From assembly GCF_028641065.1 (NCBI RefSeq), contig NC_073392.1, positions 14,198,001-14,262,000 on the forward strand: a stretch of 64,000 nt of DNA. Reading direction: 5' to 3'. Below are positions 13,499-26,944 of the stretch, in pieces. Origin of the DNA: Leucoraja erinacea (taxonomy: Eukaryota). The notes under the pieces were generated by a model, which searched no databases, was not told the origin of the DNA, and saw nothing but the letters and a program-made list of their open reading frames with translations. Position numbers and translations under genes: made by a program. Within the stretch, counting starts at the first letter, position 1; every line of letters begins with the position of its first letter.

Positions 13499-14966
13499 CT
13501 AGAATACAAAGGAGGGAATTTTTATTATAATATCTTATATATACCATGTCTTCTTGAATTACAAATCCATTCCAATATCAGACCAGAATGATCTCACAGC
13601 AAATATACAGAGCGATGTTAAAATGCCTCAAGCTGATCCGACTTCACCAAGCTGAAAAGGACAACGGTAACTGTAAATAATGTCACTCCCGAAAACCACT
13701 ACTCAGTTTATTTCCACTGAAAAATAATGTGAGATCAAATCACATAAAACAAATACAGCAAAGAATAAAGATACAAAATATGTACAATGTTATACAATCC
13801 CTGCACACAACAGGGACTGCTAATTGCAATCAATATATTACATAGATCACATATATTTGCCAATGACGAAGTGTTATGCCTGTCACAATAACATTTTTTA
13901 AAAAAAGCTTGAAATGCTAATGTTGGTTGCTAATAAACATAAAAGTTCAAAATATGTTATTTTTACCTAATCTACACCGTGTGCATCATTTCCAACTGAA
14001 ATTAAAAACGCCCGCATAAATACATGGTTAGTAGCTGATCTGAAGGGAGATTTGACCAGGTGCAATTTTCTTTGGCTGGATGGGTCAACAATAATTGAAC
14101 TTTATCTACTGATCCTTATCAACAATAATTTCCCATTTTTGGTGACTGTCATAAAATGCGCCATTTTAATGATATTTTTCAAAAGACTGCTGGATATCCA
14201 AATAGACTCCATTTATGCCTCCCATTTGTCCATCCTTTATTACATTCTGAGAAACTTGCAAATATTTATTAAACACAATTTCCCTTTAATAAAATCATGC
14301 CAACTCTTTGCATCAATTATTAATTTCTGACTGGTCTACAATTACAATTGTAATAATCTCAATATTTTCCTGGATTTCCCAACTGACCAGGTCTTTGATG
14401 CCAAAATAAGACTCAAAATTTGAAGCATTTGAAGAAAGCTCCAAGGTGCCGCTGGAAACGTGACGATACTTTGTGTACTGCCTCAGAAAATATCTACTGT
14501 TTTACATTATAGTCATTGCACACCTTTACTTATGTATGGGGATCATGACAGAAGCCTCCTCCTAGCGATCCCCGGAAACGACGACACGATGCACTCTATG
14601 AGGCGTCGGACAACCAATTCTGTCAACATGTTGGACGACGACAGAAGCCAACAGCGGGCTATACATCGTCTGACACACAGCAAACCTATGTATGATTTGT
14701 GCTTATGTATAGTATTATTTTACTAGGTTGTCTGCAAACCAAAGCATTTCACTGCATCAAGGTACATGTGAGAATAAAGTAACCGTTCCCCAGTTTCTTC
14801 CCCGCAACTCTCCTGCACGGATTAGATACATTTATGGTTTTACAATCTGATTTGATCTTTCCAGAACATACAGGATTATGGAAGTTCACAAGACACCCAT
14901 CCACTTTAGCTACTTTTAATTAACATTTAGCCATTCAGATCCAGGCGATTGTTCTGCCTTTTGCCC

Positions 14967-15002
14967 CATTCATTCATTCATTCATTCATTCATTCATTCA
15001 TT
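14967..15002. repeat. (CATT)n microsatellite, about 9 units
   Basis: cattcattcattcatt... read directly. Confidence 0.95.
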
Positions 15003-16245
15003 GTCTATCATCTATGCTCCAGTTTCAGGTTCTTCCCTCTTCTTTTGTCCCCAGATGTTCAACTATTATTGTGGTGTTTTCACAGTCAAGCCAGAAACAA
15101 AATATTTGTTCAAAGACTTTGCTATTTCATTCACTTCCATCTCATCCTTTAAAGGAATCAGTGTTTACCTTTCTTACTAAGTATTTGTTGAATCCACTTG
15201 AAGACAGGAAAATGGGGTTAAGAGGGAGAGATGGATCAGCCATGATTGAATAGCAGGGTGGATTTAATGGGCCGAATGGCCTAATTCTGCTCCTATTACT
15301 TATTACATATCTGATTTATTTTTACTGGCTAGATTACTGTCAATCCATTTTCACTTTTTTCTTCAATAATCCTTTACTGGTTTCAAAACTTTTCTAATTG
15401 ACAATATTGTATGTTTTTTTTCTGAATTTGATACCGTGTTTGATTTCCTTAGTAACACATTGGATAAATCTTGCTTCTCCTAAAATCTGTGTACCTTAAT
15501 GCAATATATATTGAGAACAATGCAAATACTCTAAATACCCGTCACTGCTTATAACATCCTATGGCAACTGATGCTTAGGTTTGGATATCAATATTAATTC
15601 ATCAACCTGTGAGCTTAAAGGATGGCACTGGTGAAGCAAGGTGTCAGTACTAGCTTCAGGCAGGACTCTGGTCCTTGCACATTGGTCTTCCATTTGACTG
15701 CGAGGACTTGCTGAATTGTACTGCTCTGAGGTGCTTTTAATCTTTATTAGATGCCGGCCTATGATTTATTTGAGTATTCATTGACATCAACATGATCCTT
15801 TGCACAAGATAAATATGAATCCAAAAGGCAAGTATAAACCACAATAATTTGAGTTTGGAGTTGATCACCCTTTGTCTGATAATCTACCCTCCTACCCCCT
15901 CACCCTGACCCCTCACCCTACCTTATCATCATGGATAACTCAAATAGGGTTGCTGGACTCAAGAGTGTAATACTCTCACATTCATCGGCACAGCACGAGC
16001 TTCCATTCCATCTCAAGGCTGCAATCTTAGCCAAGGTATCTCAGTAAATTGTAGCCTTGTTGTGGTGGGGAGGCCTGAATCTTTCAAATGCAATACCTTC
16101 TGCAACAAACCTTCAGCGTCATCCATAGCAGTCAATTCAAAGGAGATGAACCAGGTGAATAGATATTTTAAGCACCATTTTGTTCGGTAGGTGGTCAATG
16201 CTTCCTCCAGCAACTGTATTACATGGCACAAACGGCAATACTTAC

Positions 16246-16351
16246 TGGGGTGCTGGATTTCCTCTGGCTTCACACTTGATAATGAAATCATCAGTCGGAT
16301 ACACAACATGCCTCTTGGGCGACTGCTCCGTTATAGTAGGAGGCTGCTGAA
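16246..16351 (-). CDS. CHL1: Ig1 N-terminal exon (106 nt): [35 protein letters not shown]
   Basis: TTTTTTTTCCAG| acceptor and |GTAAGT donor, phases 1-2. Carries the first Ig cysteine in CEARGNP. Missed by the ORF track in this frame. Confidence 0.93.
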
Positions 16352-17414
16352 CTGGAAAAAAAATATTTTAAAGTAAAACATGAATTAGATGAAGTGAAGA
16401 GGTGAAGTACAATTCAAAATCAATTAATCATTCACACTAACAGCCGTAATTCTTCTCTTAAAGGCTTATGAGAGCTAAATTCTGATTAATTATGAGAAAA
16501 AATTATGAGAAAAATTGAAGCATTTGAGGTCAAGATGTAGAAGCTGTTCACAAAGATGAAACACTGTAATGAGGTCTGTGTAATGAATACTTTTAATAAT
16601 CCATTTCTGAGAGTTACCACTTCCAGTTGTATGAAAATAATTTGAAAGATCTGCTGGTGATATTATGATTACTATATTTCTCAGAACTATTCACTGCCAT
16701 GCATGCAGAATTTAAATTCCTCCTTTTCATTTGGGTTCATTTTTAATATCGAGGATTCCCACAGAGAAGTTTCACGGAAACATGTCATTTTGGTGTCTGC
16801 TCATCCAGAAAATATTCGCAGCACACTGAGATAAATATAAGCACTTGATAGAAGTTGACAAGAGCATAAAGAACATGACACTTGTTTCAAAGGAAATGCA
16901 AAAATGAGGACAAGGCCATTTGACCCTTCGAGCTGTTCTACTACTGTAAACGATCACAGCTGATCATTCAAATTCAGTTGCATGTTTCTGCTTTCTCCCC
17001 ATATTCCTTAATCCTTCTCACCTCAAGAACAATACTTAACATCTTCTTGGATATATTTTATGATTTAGCTTCAACAATTATCTGTGGTAGGGAATTATAT
17101 AGATTCACTGCTCCGTGGAGAAACTAATTCTTCTTTTCAATCTTAAATGGCTTAATTCTTATCATTACAATGTGATGCTACATCTTGGACTCCACACCAT
17201 CATGTTGTAGATTTCTAGAACCCCCCCCCCACCTTCAAAACTCTGGTGAATCAATATATGATTTTGTAACCTGCACTGTCAAGGTTTAACCACCAGACAA
17301 TTATATGAAGAAAGCCATTTGATAGATTGTAAGCCACCAATTTGGCATTCCAGAGTGATCATTATATATTTTAGATATTTAGAAATCATTAGGTTTCAGT
17401 AGATATTTAGAGAC

Positions 17415-17822
17415 CATCTTTCTCTGGAACGTCAGAGGTTGAGGTGAGAGTTAATAGAAGTATATAAAATTATGCAAAGAATAGACAGGGTACACAATCA
17501 GAACCTTTTCCCTAGAGTGGACATGGCAAACGCTACAGTGCACAACTATTAGGTGAGAGGGGGAAAGTTGAATGGAGTTGTGCGAAGCAGGTTTTTTTCA
17601 CACTGAGAGTAGTGGGGGTCTGGATGGCATTGCCAGGCGCAATGGTGGCGGCAGATACGAGATTGGCATTGAAGAAGCTTTATATGGGCACATGGATGTG
17701 CAAGGAAGAGAGTGATATGGATCATGTGCAAGCAGATGATATCAGTTTGTCTTGGCATCATGATCAACACAAACATTGTGGGCCAAAGGGCCCGTTCCAG
17801 TGCTGCACTGTTCTATGTTCTA
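17415..17822 (+). mobile_element. CR1-type LINE 3' fragment (older subfamily)
   Basis: ttctctggaacgtcagaggttgagg...tttttcacactgagagtagtg...gggccaaagggcccgtt...gttctatgttctat tail. Confidence 0.75.
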
Positions 17823-17849
17823 TTTTTAAAATATATTATTTTTCTTTGA

Positions 17850-18935
17850 AGATAGGCACAAAATGCTGGAGTAACTCAACGGGTCAGACAGCATCCCTGC
17901 AGAAAAAGAATACATGATGTTTCGGGTCGAGACCTATTTTGCCGATTTTTGGCTCCACACTTATGTCGTTATCGGAAAAAATAATTTACAACTCCTGCCC
18001 TCAACTTTTGGATAACATTTACCATCTCGTTGGTGGACTAAAATGCTGGAGAAACTCAGCGGGTGAGGCAGCATCTATGGAGCGAAGGATTAGGTGACAT
18101 TTCTGGCTGAGATCATCTTGTTGTACATACCAGGCATGAGGCATTAGAGGTAACACCAACATTTAGTTTACTTTAATCCATTCCCTCAATAATTTTTTTA
18201 TAATATATAAGATTGCTTCCGTTTGTTGACTTTCAGGTTAATATGCCCTAGTTCCGCCAATTTCTGCTCATAATTTGGACTCCAGATGTGGAGTTCCTAA
18301 TCGCACTTCTCTGTACCTCAGTCAACAAATGATTGCCTTATGTGTAGAACTCATATTCTGTTTTTAAATCGAAGATAAACACAAAGTGCTGAAGTAACTC
18401 AGCGGGACTGGAAGCATCTCTGGAGAGAAGGTTGACTTTTCGTGTCGAGACCCTTCTTTGGGCTCGAAACGTCACCCATTCTTCTCTCCAGAGATGTTGC
18501 CTGTCCCACTTAGTTACTCCAGCATAACAATTGTCTCATGCCTGGATACATTATTCTAGCTACTGTCTAACTTGCACACTATGAAGATTTTTTTTTACTA
18601 CTTTGGATTTACCTGCAAATTTGCCGCAGATGGCAAAACTAAATGTGCTCTGCGATCGTGCCTACATTCATAATTCATTTGCAGAGAACAAAGTGCTAGA
18701 CAACTCAGCGGGTCAGGCAATATCTCCGGAGGACATGGACAGGCGACATTTCAAGTTGGGACCCTTCTTCAGATCCCTCGCCCGCAAATTCCTCCATAGA
18801 TGCTGCTTGACCTGCTAAATTACTCCAGCACTTTATCATTCCAGCGAAATTACTCCACTAAATTACTCCAGCACCTGCTAAATTATTCCAGCACTTTATT
18901 TTCTATGCAAAATTCTCGCATCTGCATTCATTGTG
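17850..18935. mobile_element. Cluster of Penelope terminal-repeat copies, including palindromes at ~18366-18525 and ~18685-18835
   Basis: Repeated acaaa(a/g)tgctggagtaactcagcggg...gcagcatc motif in both orientations. Confidence 0.8.
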
Positions 18936-21039
18936 TCTCCAAATTTAATTTCATTGACTAAAAAAGAACTGAGTGATTTGGAAGTAATTTGTTTTCCATT
19001 ACTGTCACTTGTCTTGACACTGTTTATTCCAGATAACAAACAAATAATTTCAAACATTATGTTCTGCTCTTGCAATTTATACCCACATTATAAATTAGAC
19101 AGCAACCTCCATTAACAGTTTCAATAATATAATTATAAGACGATACTGTGCTTCAACACAGTATATCATTAGGCAAATTTAAGCTGCCTTTGTGATAATA
19201 TTTTGTCAGCTCGAGTAAAAATGCTGCAAGGAGGCTGGTCAAAAAAATACAAGTATTAGCAGGAACAACAGACTTAGGAAAGGACAAAGCTCTGCCCATT
19301 TGGCTCAGTAGTCAGAAGGAGAGAGCACTGATCATTTCAGACCTAGCTGCCAGAGTGTGTGGTCAGAAGCGAGTTAGGTGTCGGTGAATATGGCTGTACA
19401 TTCATATCTATACCTCACTGTCCCACAATATCAATGTGCGAATAGCTTTACCCATCACCTCATCCTTGCCTCCTCTCTTCACCATGACCCTACACTCAAA
19501 CTTTCTCGATCTTTAGCTTCAGCGTGGAAACAGGCCCTTCGGCCCACTGAGTCCATGCCGACCATCGATATTCCACTTACACAGTTCTATGTTATCTCAT
19601 TTTAACATCGAATCGAGTCAAGAATTCCAGCTTCACAGGCTCCATTTGCTGACTGTGGGAAACACCCAGCTTGGATTCCAGCACCCTGCAGTTGACTTAT
19701 AAATGTCAATTGGACCATTATAGATCTCATCGCATCAGGAGATCAGCCATCCACAGCCTCCAGCTGAAAAAAAGTGCCCCAACCCCATACTGCTATTTCT
19801 TAACCAAGGTCCACAAACAGTTTTGACCTAGTAAACTGATTATTTTTGCCTAAACTTGCTCCACCAAACTTATCTCTTCATACCTTGACCCTATTATATC
19901 ACCCCTTGTGTCGTTTCTTACCACATTCATCTGAGCTATCACTCGTGCCCTCAACCATCTTGACACCGTATGTTTGCTAGTTGTAAGTTTCACCCTTGGT
20001 GTTCCCCACTTTCTCTCTCTAATCATACTCGGGTCTCTGGCGCTGTAGGGCGGTAACTCTACCGTGGTGCCACTGTGCCGCCTGATATCCTATCACTGCC
20101 CACAGGACACGTAGAACTCTCAGCAAGATGGCCCTTCCAAATGTGGTCAGGCACAAGCAGACCACGGGTAACTATGCCACGAAAAAGGTTTGAACTGGAA
20201 AGATGGCGGGCAATAATTTCACACTATGCAGGTTTCACAATGCCACTTGCCTATTGTGAGGTGGGTATAAAACTCGGGAAAACCACAGATTCAAATTACA
20301 TATTAGCAAAATGTCAGCTCAACTTAAATTCTCAAATTTTCAACACTGATTCATTGCAGCTCTTCCAAATAAAATGCTATATTGCTGCATTTACGTGCTG
20401 GTCAGGCTGATTGCATGAAATAAAGCAAGCTATAACCCTAAAATCATCTCCAGTCATGCACATTGAAGAATACTGTGATGAAATTTCATGCCTGCACAGA
20501 CATAAGTGATTGGGAGACAGATAGGAGATTCATCAAATTGAGGGATTCTAGCCTTCATGGATTCTATCGTGCAGAAATAGTCGAAGAGGAACCACCAGAT
20601 TTGCACAATTGGGCAGCTGTTTAACTGGAAAAAGGCTGTCATTTTGCTCGGTTCGATGGGAAGATAACTTGTAATTGCAGCTTCTTGCCATAAAAATGAA
20701 GTCAGCACATTTTGTTAGATAAATGTGCTGCTGTAAATTTTAAAGTGAAATGTAGTTATTTTGTTATCTCTCAGTTCATAATTGCTTTGAATGTTGCTGA
20801 GTAGATGACGATGCTCCAAAAATGCTCTCATACACCCGGACTCTGAGCAGACCACTTGACAAACTTCCTACAGGGAAGAAGCCATCATTTTACTATTGGT
20901 GGACACCGGAAAATATCACAGAAGGCTCTTGTTTCAGATTATCCAGGAGACTGCAACCTAGTCAGGAGACCACCTCATTTTCAATGTTCCCACAAGGTCT
21001 AATGTATTGTTTTAGGGATGCAACTTCAAAACAAGAGTT

Positions 21040-21465
21040 TTAGACTTTAGAGATAAGTGTGGAAACAGACCCCTCGGCCCACCGAGTCCATGCTGACCAG
21101 TGATCTCCCTCGTACACCAGCACTATCCTACACACTCGGGACAATTTACAAATTACAGAATCCAAATTAACCTGTACGTCTTGGGAGTGTGGGAGGAAAT
21201 TCCACGGAGCACCTGGAGAAACCCCTGGAGCACTGATGGCGGCATGGAGGTAGATATCAGCGGTAGAGTTGCTGCCTTGCAGTGCCTTAGTCTCAGGTTC
21301 AATCCCGACTACGGGTGCTGTCTGTACAGAGATGGTACGTTCTCCCTGTGAGTTTACTCTGAGATCTTTGGTTTCATCCCACACTCCAAAGACGTACAAG
21401 TCTATAGGTTATTTGGCGTGGTATGAGTGTAAATTGTCCCTAGTGTGTGTAGTTTAGTGTTAATC
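21040..21465. mobile_element. Two HE1-type SINEs in inverted orientation (minus ~21040-21230, plus ~21255-21465)
   Basis: cacactcgggacaatttaca mirrors tgtaaattgtccctagtgtg, and gtacgtcttgggagtgtggga mirrors tcccacactccaaagacgtac. Confidence 0.85.
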
Positions 21466-21597
21466 TACCATAGATAGATGGTGTGAGGGTGACAGACTGT
21501 TTCCACATATTATTTGCCGTCTGAGAACAGGGTTTGTGGAGTGGGGGCTTTGTGAGAATCTTGAGCAATTTGATTAGCCTGCAATATGTTTAGACAC

Positions 21598-21830
21598 ATG
21601 TGCAAGAAGGAACTGCAGATGCTGATTTACACTGAAAATAGACACAAAATGCTGGAGTAACTCAGCGGGTCAGGCAGCAGGTCTGGAGAAAAGGAATAGG
21701 TGGTGTTTCGGGTTGAAGCCCTTTTTCAGACTGAGAATCAGGAGAGAGGGAAATTGGAGGTACGAAATGTACTGATGACCAAGGATAGATGGAGCCCACA
21801 GTAGTCCATTGTTGACTGGCACCTCATCCA
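21598..21830 (-). mobile_element. Penelope terminal repeat
   Basis: gaaggaactgcagatgctg...gacacaaaatgctggagtaactcagcgggtcaggcagc...ttcagact. Confidence 0.8.
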
Positions 21831-23440
21831 CACCCATGACCATGTGAAAGCAGTGAAAGGTCTGTCCATGTGCTGCATATGCTATGTGTCCTATAAAATC
21901 CAATGTAATTTATACCGTAGCCATGACAGCAGCTCTGCAAACAGGTTAAGGACTGTTACCATTGGTTTGGAAAATCTTAGCCTTCAGAAAGCTGGAAATT
22001 GGAGGATGGCTCCCAGAATTTATGTGAGGGTATGCTCCCAGAACTTAAACACTACTTCCCTCTCTCTATCTGGATATCCAGCCATTCTGTCTTCACTCTC
22101 AGCTCATACAGTGCCCATAGTGAGGCCACCTCATAAATAGATTCCTTAGGCTAAGGGAACGAAGGAAAATAAAATCATCCAGAGAGTAGCTGCAATCTGG
22201 AATACACGACCGGAGTTGGTGGTGGAGGCAGATAAACTCACAATTTAAACTATATCTCGATAAAAACGTAAATCGCAAAGACATAGAAGTCGGTGGAACA
22301 AGTGTTGGCAAATGGAATTGGCACAGATGGTTGCCATAGAACTGGCGAGCCGAAGGGCCTATTCCTTGGCTGTATGAGTCTATGACATATTGTGAGAATA
22401 AATCAAAGGAATATTCAGGAAGGATCCAAAGTTTCTATGCTAAAGAGCTGAATGTTTCGAGTTGGGACCCTTCTTCAGATGAGCATCTTAAGAAGGGTGC
22501 CAATCCTAAACGTCATGTCCATTCCCCTCCACAGATGCTGCCTAACCCACTGAGTTCCTTCAGCAATTTCCTCTTTACTCAATTCCAGCATCTGCAGTCT
22601 CTTGTATTTGGCATGTATCATGGCCAGGAATACCAGCTTAAATTTCCTGAACAGTAAAATGATTTCCTTTCCCCCCCATAACAAATCAATTTTATTCAAT
22701 CACGTTGCACTTAAAAACATTGCTAAGTTATCCAATATCTCAGCAAACTTTCTACCCCTTGCCATCCAACTGTCTACAGTTATTTCCTGAACTTTTTTGC
22801 AGCTGAATCAGAAGAAACTTCATGAAATACTTATGAAAAGATCAGTGTAATTGTAATTCATCAATTGGGATTGCAAAATAGAATGGGAAAGCTTGATAAC
22901 AATGCATTGTGACAAACATTGAAACATGCAACAATTAAGGGGCCCACTCTATCGTTGTTAGCTCATCCAGCAGATTGTGAGTAACTACAGCACAACTGAG
23001 TCAAAATCCCAGACCCAACAAAATATTTGTTAATTTCACTGGAGTTTTGTTTTTATATTTTTTCAGAAAAAGAATCATAGGATCATTGGACAGTGAGAAC
23101 AAATCACAAGTATATTTCCCAATATTATTTTCCAAATGTTTTCCAATGTCCTACTTGCTATTTGCTGGTGTGCCTACTGGCTGGTGTACCCACCAGCATG
23201 GGGACAGCGTTCTAGCTGCTGATTACATTAATAAACTATTTCATGAAGGCACCTCTGATTTATTTGGCAATCACTTAAATCTATATTTTATCCCCCTTGT
23301 CATGCAAAATACTGAAGATACAATTTATTTAGTCCACCACATCCATTATGATTCTGAACATCAAATAATTTATGCACCTGACATTGAGGAGAATAGCCCC
23401 GTTCACGATTTTAACCACAAAAATAATCTTGCAGCTTTGA

Positions 23441-23968
23441 ACATAGAAACATAGAAACATAGAAATTAGGTGCAGGAGTAGGCTATTCGGCCCTTCGAGC
23501 CTGCACCGCCATTCAATATGATCATGGCTGATCATCCAACTCAGTATCCCGTACCTGCCTTCTCTCCATACCCCCTGATCCCCTTAGCCACAAGGGCCAC
23601 ATCTAACTCCCTCTTAAATATAGCCAATGAACTGGCCTCAACTACCATCTGTGGCAGAGAGCTCCAGAGATTCACCACTCTCTGTGTGAAAAAAGTTCTT
23701 CTCATCTCAGTTTTAAAGGATTTCCCCCTTATCCTTAAGCTATGACCCCTTATCCTGGACTTCCCTAACATCGGGAACAATCTTCCTGCATCTAGCCTGT
23801 CCAACCCCTTAAGAATTTTGTAAGTTTCTATAAGATCCCCTCTCAATCTTCTAAATTCTAGAGAGTATAAACCAAGTCTATCCAGTCTTTCTTCATAAGA
23901 CAGTCCTGACATCCCAGGAATCAGTCTGGTGAACCGTCTCTGCACTCCCTCTATGGCAATAATGTTAT
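23441..23968 (-). mobile_element. Young CR1/HER1 LINE 3' end with intact ORF2 C-terminus
   Basis: ORF 23541-23945 QRRFTRLIPGMSGLSYEERLDRLGLYSLEFRRLRGDLIETYKILKG...RGHSLRI...FFTQRVVNLW, with an (acatagaa)3 tail. Confidence 0.95.
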
Positions 23969-24197
23969 TCTAGTCAATTGCCTCTTCCAAATCACTAAAG
24001 TTTTCACATGCTTTCCAAAAGTGTGGAGCCCAGAACTGAACACAATCAAGCCAGGGTCAAATTTATTATTCATAAAGATATAGCAACTTAATGTAAGGTT
24101 AACTAAGTTGATAATAAAGCAAAAGAGATCTTGAACTCCATAGTTAAAAATGCAAAGCCTTGGAGCTTTTGTGCTTTATTAAGGTCTTGTTGAGCAT

Positions 24198-24500
24198 TTA
24201 GACTTTAGATTTTAGAGATACAGAATGGCAACAGACCCTTCAGTCCACCAAGTTTGTGCCGACCAGAGATAACCCTGTCCGTACACAAGAACTATCCTAC
24301 ACACTAGGGACACTTTACAATTAACAAAATCCAATTAACATACAATCCGTATGTCTTTTGAGTGTGGGAAACCAGAGCACCCAGAGAAAACCCATGCGGT
24401 CTCGGGGAGAACGTACAAACTCCGTACAGACAGCACCTGTAGTCTGGAGCCAAAACAAGATCTCTGGTGCTGTGAAGCAGCCGCTCCACCAGATGCACTA
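24198..24500 (-). mobile_element. HE1-type SINE
   Basis: cactagggacactttaca...ggggagaacgtacaaactccgtacagacagcacctgtagtc. Confidence 0.85.
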
Positions 24501-25791
24501 CTGCCTTCTTGCATCATTTTTTACATCTCTATCAACCTCAATTCTATTTAGTGCTGTCTTGCCTCATTATTCGTACAAAACCATTTTACATTCACCTCAC
24601 ACACAGTTACTTTGAATTTTAGCTGCCATTATTTCAGGTCCATCATCTTGATGTTTCCACTTTTTTATTCTCACAAAATTGCATTTGAAATTGCCACTTG
24701 GATGTTTTATTCTCAATTATTGTATGACAGCAAATTCTGGATGATTTTATTTGAAATTCCAGCTTTGAATGATGTAATAGTGTCACTATATTTCTAAGCT
24801 TAAGTAGATTATTTCATCAAACAGAGCAACATATTTCAATCCTGGATGAATTTTCGTTGTGTGTTTTGCAATCAGCATTACAAAAATTCCGAATGTCAAT
24901 CATCTGGCGTGAAGGTCATACATTTACATCCGTTAATGTGATATATTTCTGATGTTTGGCATTCACAGAAGTAAACACAACTCTCCAATGTTGATTAGTG
25001 AGAGTACAGGACCCTCAGAGATTTTACATCACAAAGAAATGCAAAAACACGACTGCCTTTGGCATCTAATTTATCTGACAGGTATTCCTATACGTCAGCT
25101 TGGTTTCTTCCAAGCTTCTACACTGCATCATAAATAACCTTGCTGACCTATTCCAAGGATTACATCAGTCAATGTTGACAGGAGTCAATGTTGACAGAAG
25201 AATTCTATCTGACTCAAAATCTTCGCTGAGCATTTTTTTTATGAAGCAAATTGTCTCATCAGCTGTTTAAAACAGTAGACTTATTGGTTTAAGTTATTTA
25301 ATATTTATTTTGAAAAATATTGTCAGTCATAGCTAAAGATAGTTGCTTATCTATGCCGGGCACAATGAGTGCTGGAATTGTCTTCTAGTAATCCACAGCT
25401 CTCACCTTCTAAAATTAAGGACTTTAAAAAGTGCCAAAACTCATTGTGCCACCGATGTTGTCAAAAAGATCGAAGATACATTTACTCAGAGTTGTGGTTA
25501 TATAATGTCACATTGCAGTTGCAAGAGTTTAAAAAGGTAAGAGGGAATAAAGATGAATTGAAATACCATGCCATTGATCTCTTCGGAAGGAAACAAGTTA
25601 GAAGTGGCGACATTGCAATGGATTGTAAATTCAAACTACTGATGCTCAGAACAGAAAGAGTTATTGGGAGATCGAAGTGCAAGAGATTCGAGGTGAGAGG
25701 GCAATCCATCATCAGATAAACATTTTATTGCAATGTACAACCTCAATATTCAGTCCCTTTGAATTAAAAATCAATAAGCTGCGCATTACTT

Positions 25792-26102
25792 TAGAAACAT
25801 AGAAACATAGAAATTAGGTGCAGGAGTAGGCCATTCGGGCCTTCGAGCCTGCACCGCCATTTAATATGATCATGGCTGATCATCCAACTCAGTATCCCGT
25901 ACCTGCCTTTTCTCCATACCCTCTGAACAAACCGAACTCCCTCTTAAATTAGCCATGAACTGCCTCAACTACCCTCTGTAGTTCCAGAGATTCACCACAC
26001 TCTGTGTGAAATAAGTTATTCGCATCTCGGTTTTAAAGGATTTCCCCCTTATCCTTAAGCTGTGACCCCTTGACATCGGAAACAATTTTCCTGCATCTAG
26101 CC
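25792..26102 (-). mobile_element. CR1/HER1 3' fragment with internal deletions
   Basis: The tail-proximal ~130 nt is near-identical to the 23441 copy; the rest aligns with many small deletions. Confidence 0.9.
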
Positions 26103-26598
26103 GATTTAGATGCAGTGTGTTCATATTTGGATGTGAATAACCGGTTCAGCTGAATTCTTACTATTTAGGTCATCGAAGGACTTTATACTTTTTGGATTTT
26201 TGGTCTAATATATTAGACAAAGTTTAGTTTACTATTATCACGTGTACCGAGGTACAGTGAAGAGCTTTTCGGTGCGAGCTATCCAGTCAGCGAAAAGACT
26301 ACACATGATTACTGCAAGAAAGAATTTAATTGTTCAGTTGTTGCTATATACTGCATAACAAACACTCTTGACTTGATTAATCTGAAACAGTGATTCATTA
26401 TTTTTCTGCTGCCTATAAATAAAAGGTGATCATATTGTGCAGAAATGTTATGACAAAATTATTCTGAATAAAAGTTCATAATGAAAATGGATTATACGTC
26501 GAGCTTCAACCCATGAACAGATAACTGATTGCAAAGTACTCCATGTAATGGACTGAAAGAAACAGTCAAAATGCTTTAATTCCAACAGGTTAACTTAC

Positions 26599-26616
26599 TT
26601 AGTTCATGAATGAAAG
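26599..26616 (-). CDS. CHL1: Candidate 18-nt alternative microexon (AFIHEL) between signal peptide and Ig1
   Basis: TTTTCATTTTCCCTTTGCTTTCCTTGGATATAAAG|CTTTCATTCATGAACTAA|GTAAGT. It preserves the frame (phase 1-1), has no stop, and lies where paralogues carry mini-exons. Confidence 0.5.
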   Translation of the reverse strand, partial: LSFMN

Positions 26617-26944
26617 CTTTATATCCAAGGAAAGCAAAGGGAAAATGAAAACAACAATTATTACATGCTCCATATTCTCCAGTCAGTTCTTTATTATGTC
26701 TTAAGCTTTGAGTATGAAAACTAGTCGATGCAAAAAGACAACTGATTACTTGCAGGTTATATGCAAATGTAAAAATAATGCTAACTTATACTTGTAGATC
26801 GTAAAAGACGTATTTATTGTCTCAAAATGTGTTTGTTTAGCCATGCAGAAACAATACCATTTCAATTTGATGACATAAGGTGTTGTACAATGTTTGGATT
26901 GTCGCATTTAAGTGTATCATTTTCAAGAACAAATTATTTCAAAA

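Noticed and set aside
14967-15002. (CATT)n as a NOVA YCAY cluster
   Set aside because: The gene is on the minus strand, where the repeat reads (AAUG)n.
18790-18900. Short repeats with variable gaps resembling a CRISPR array
   Set aside because: The spacing is irregular, the gaps derive from the same Penelope motif, there are no cas genes, and the context is vertebrate.
23047-23454. Longest ORF in the track (135 aa, plus strand)
   Set aside because: It has a non-ATG start and no recognisable domain, is antisense to the gene, and ends in a CR1 tail.
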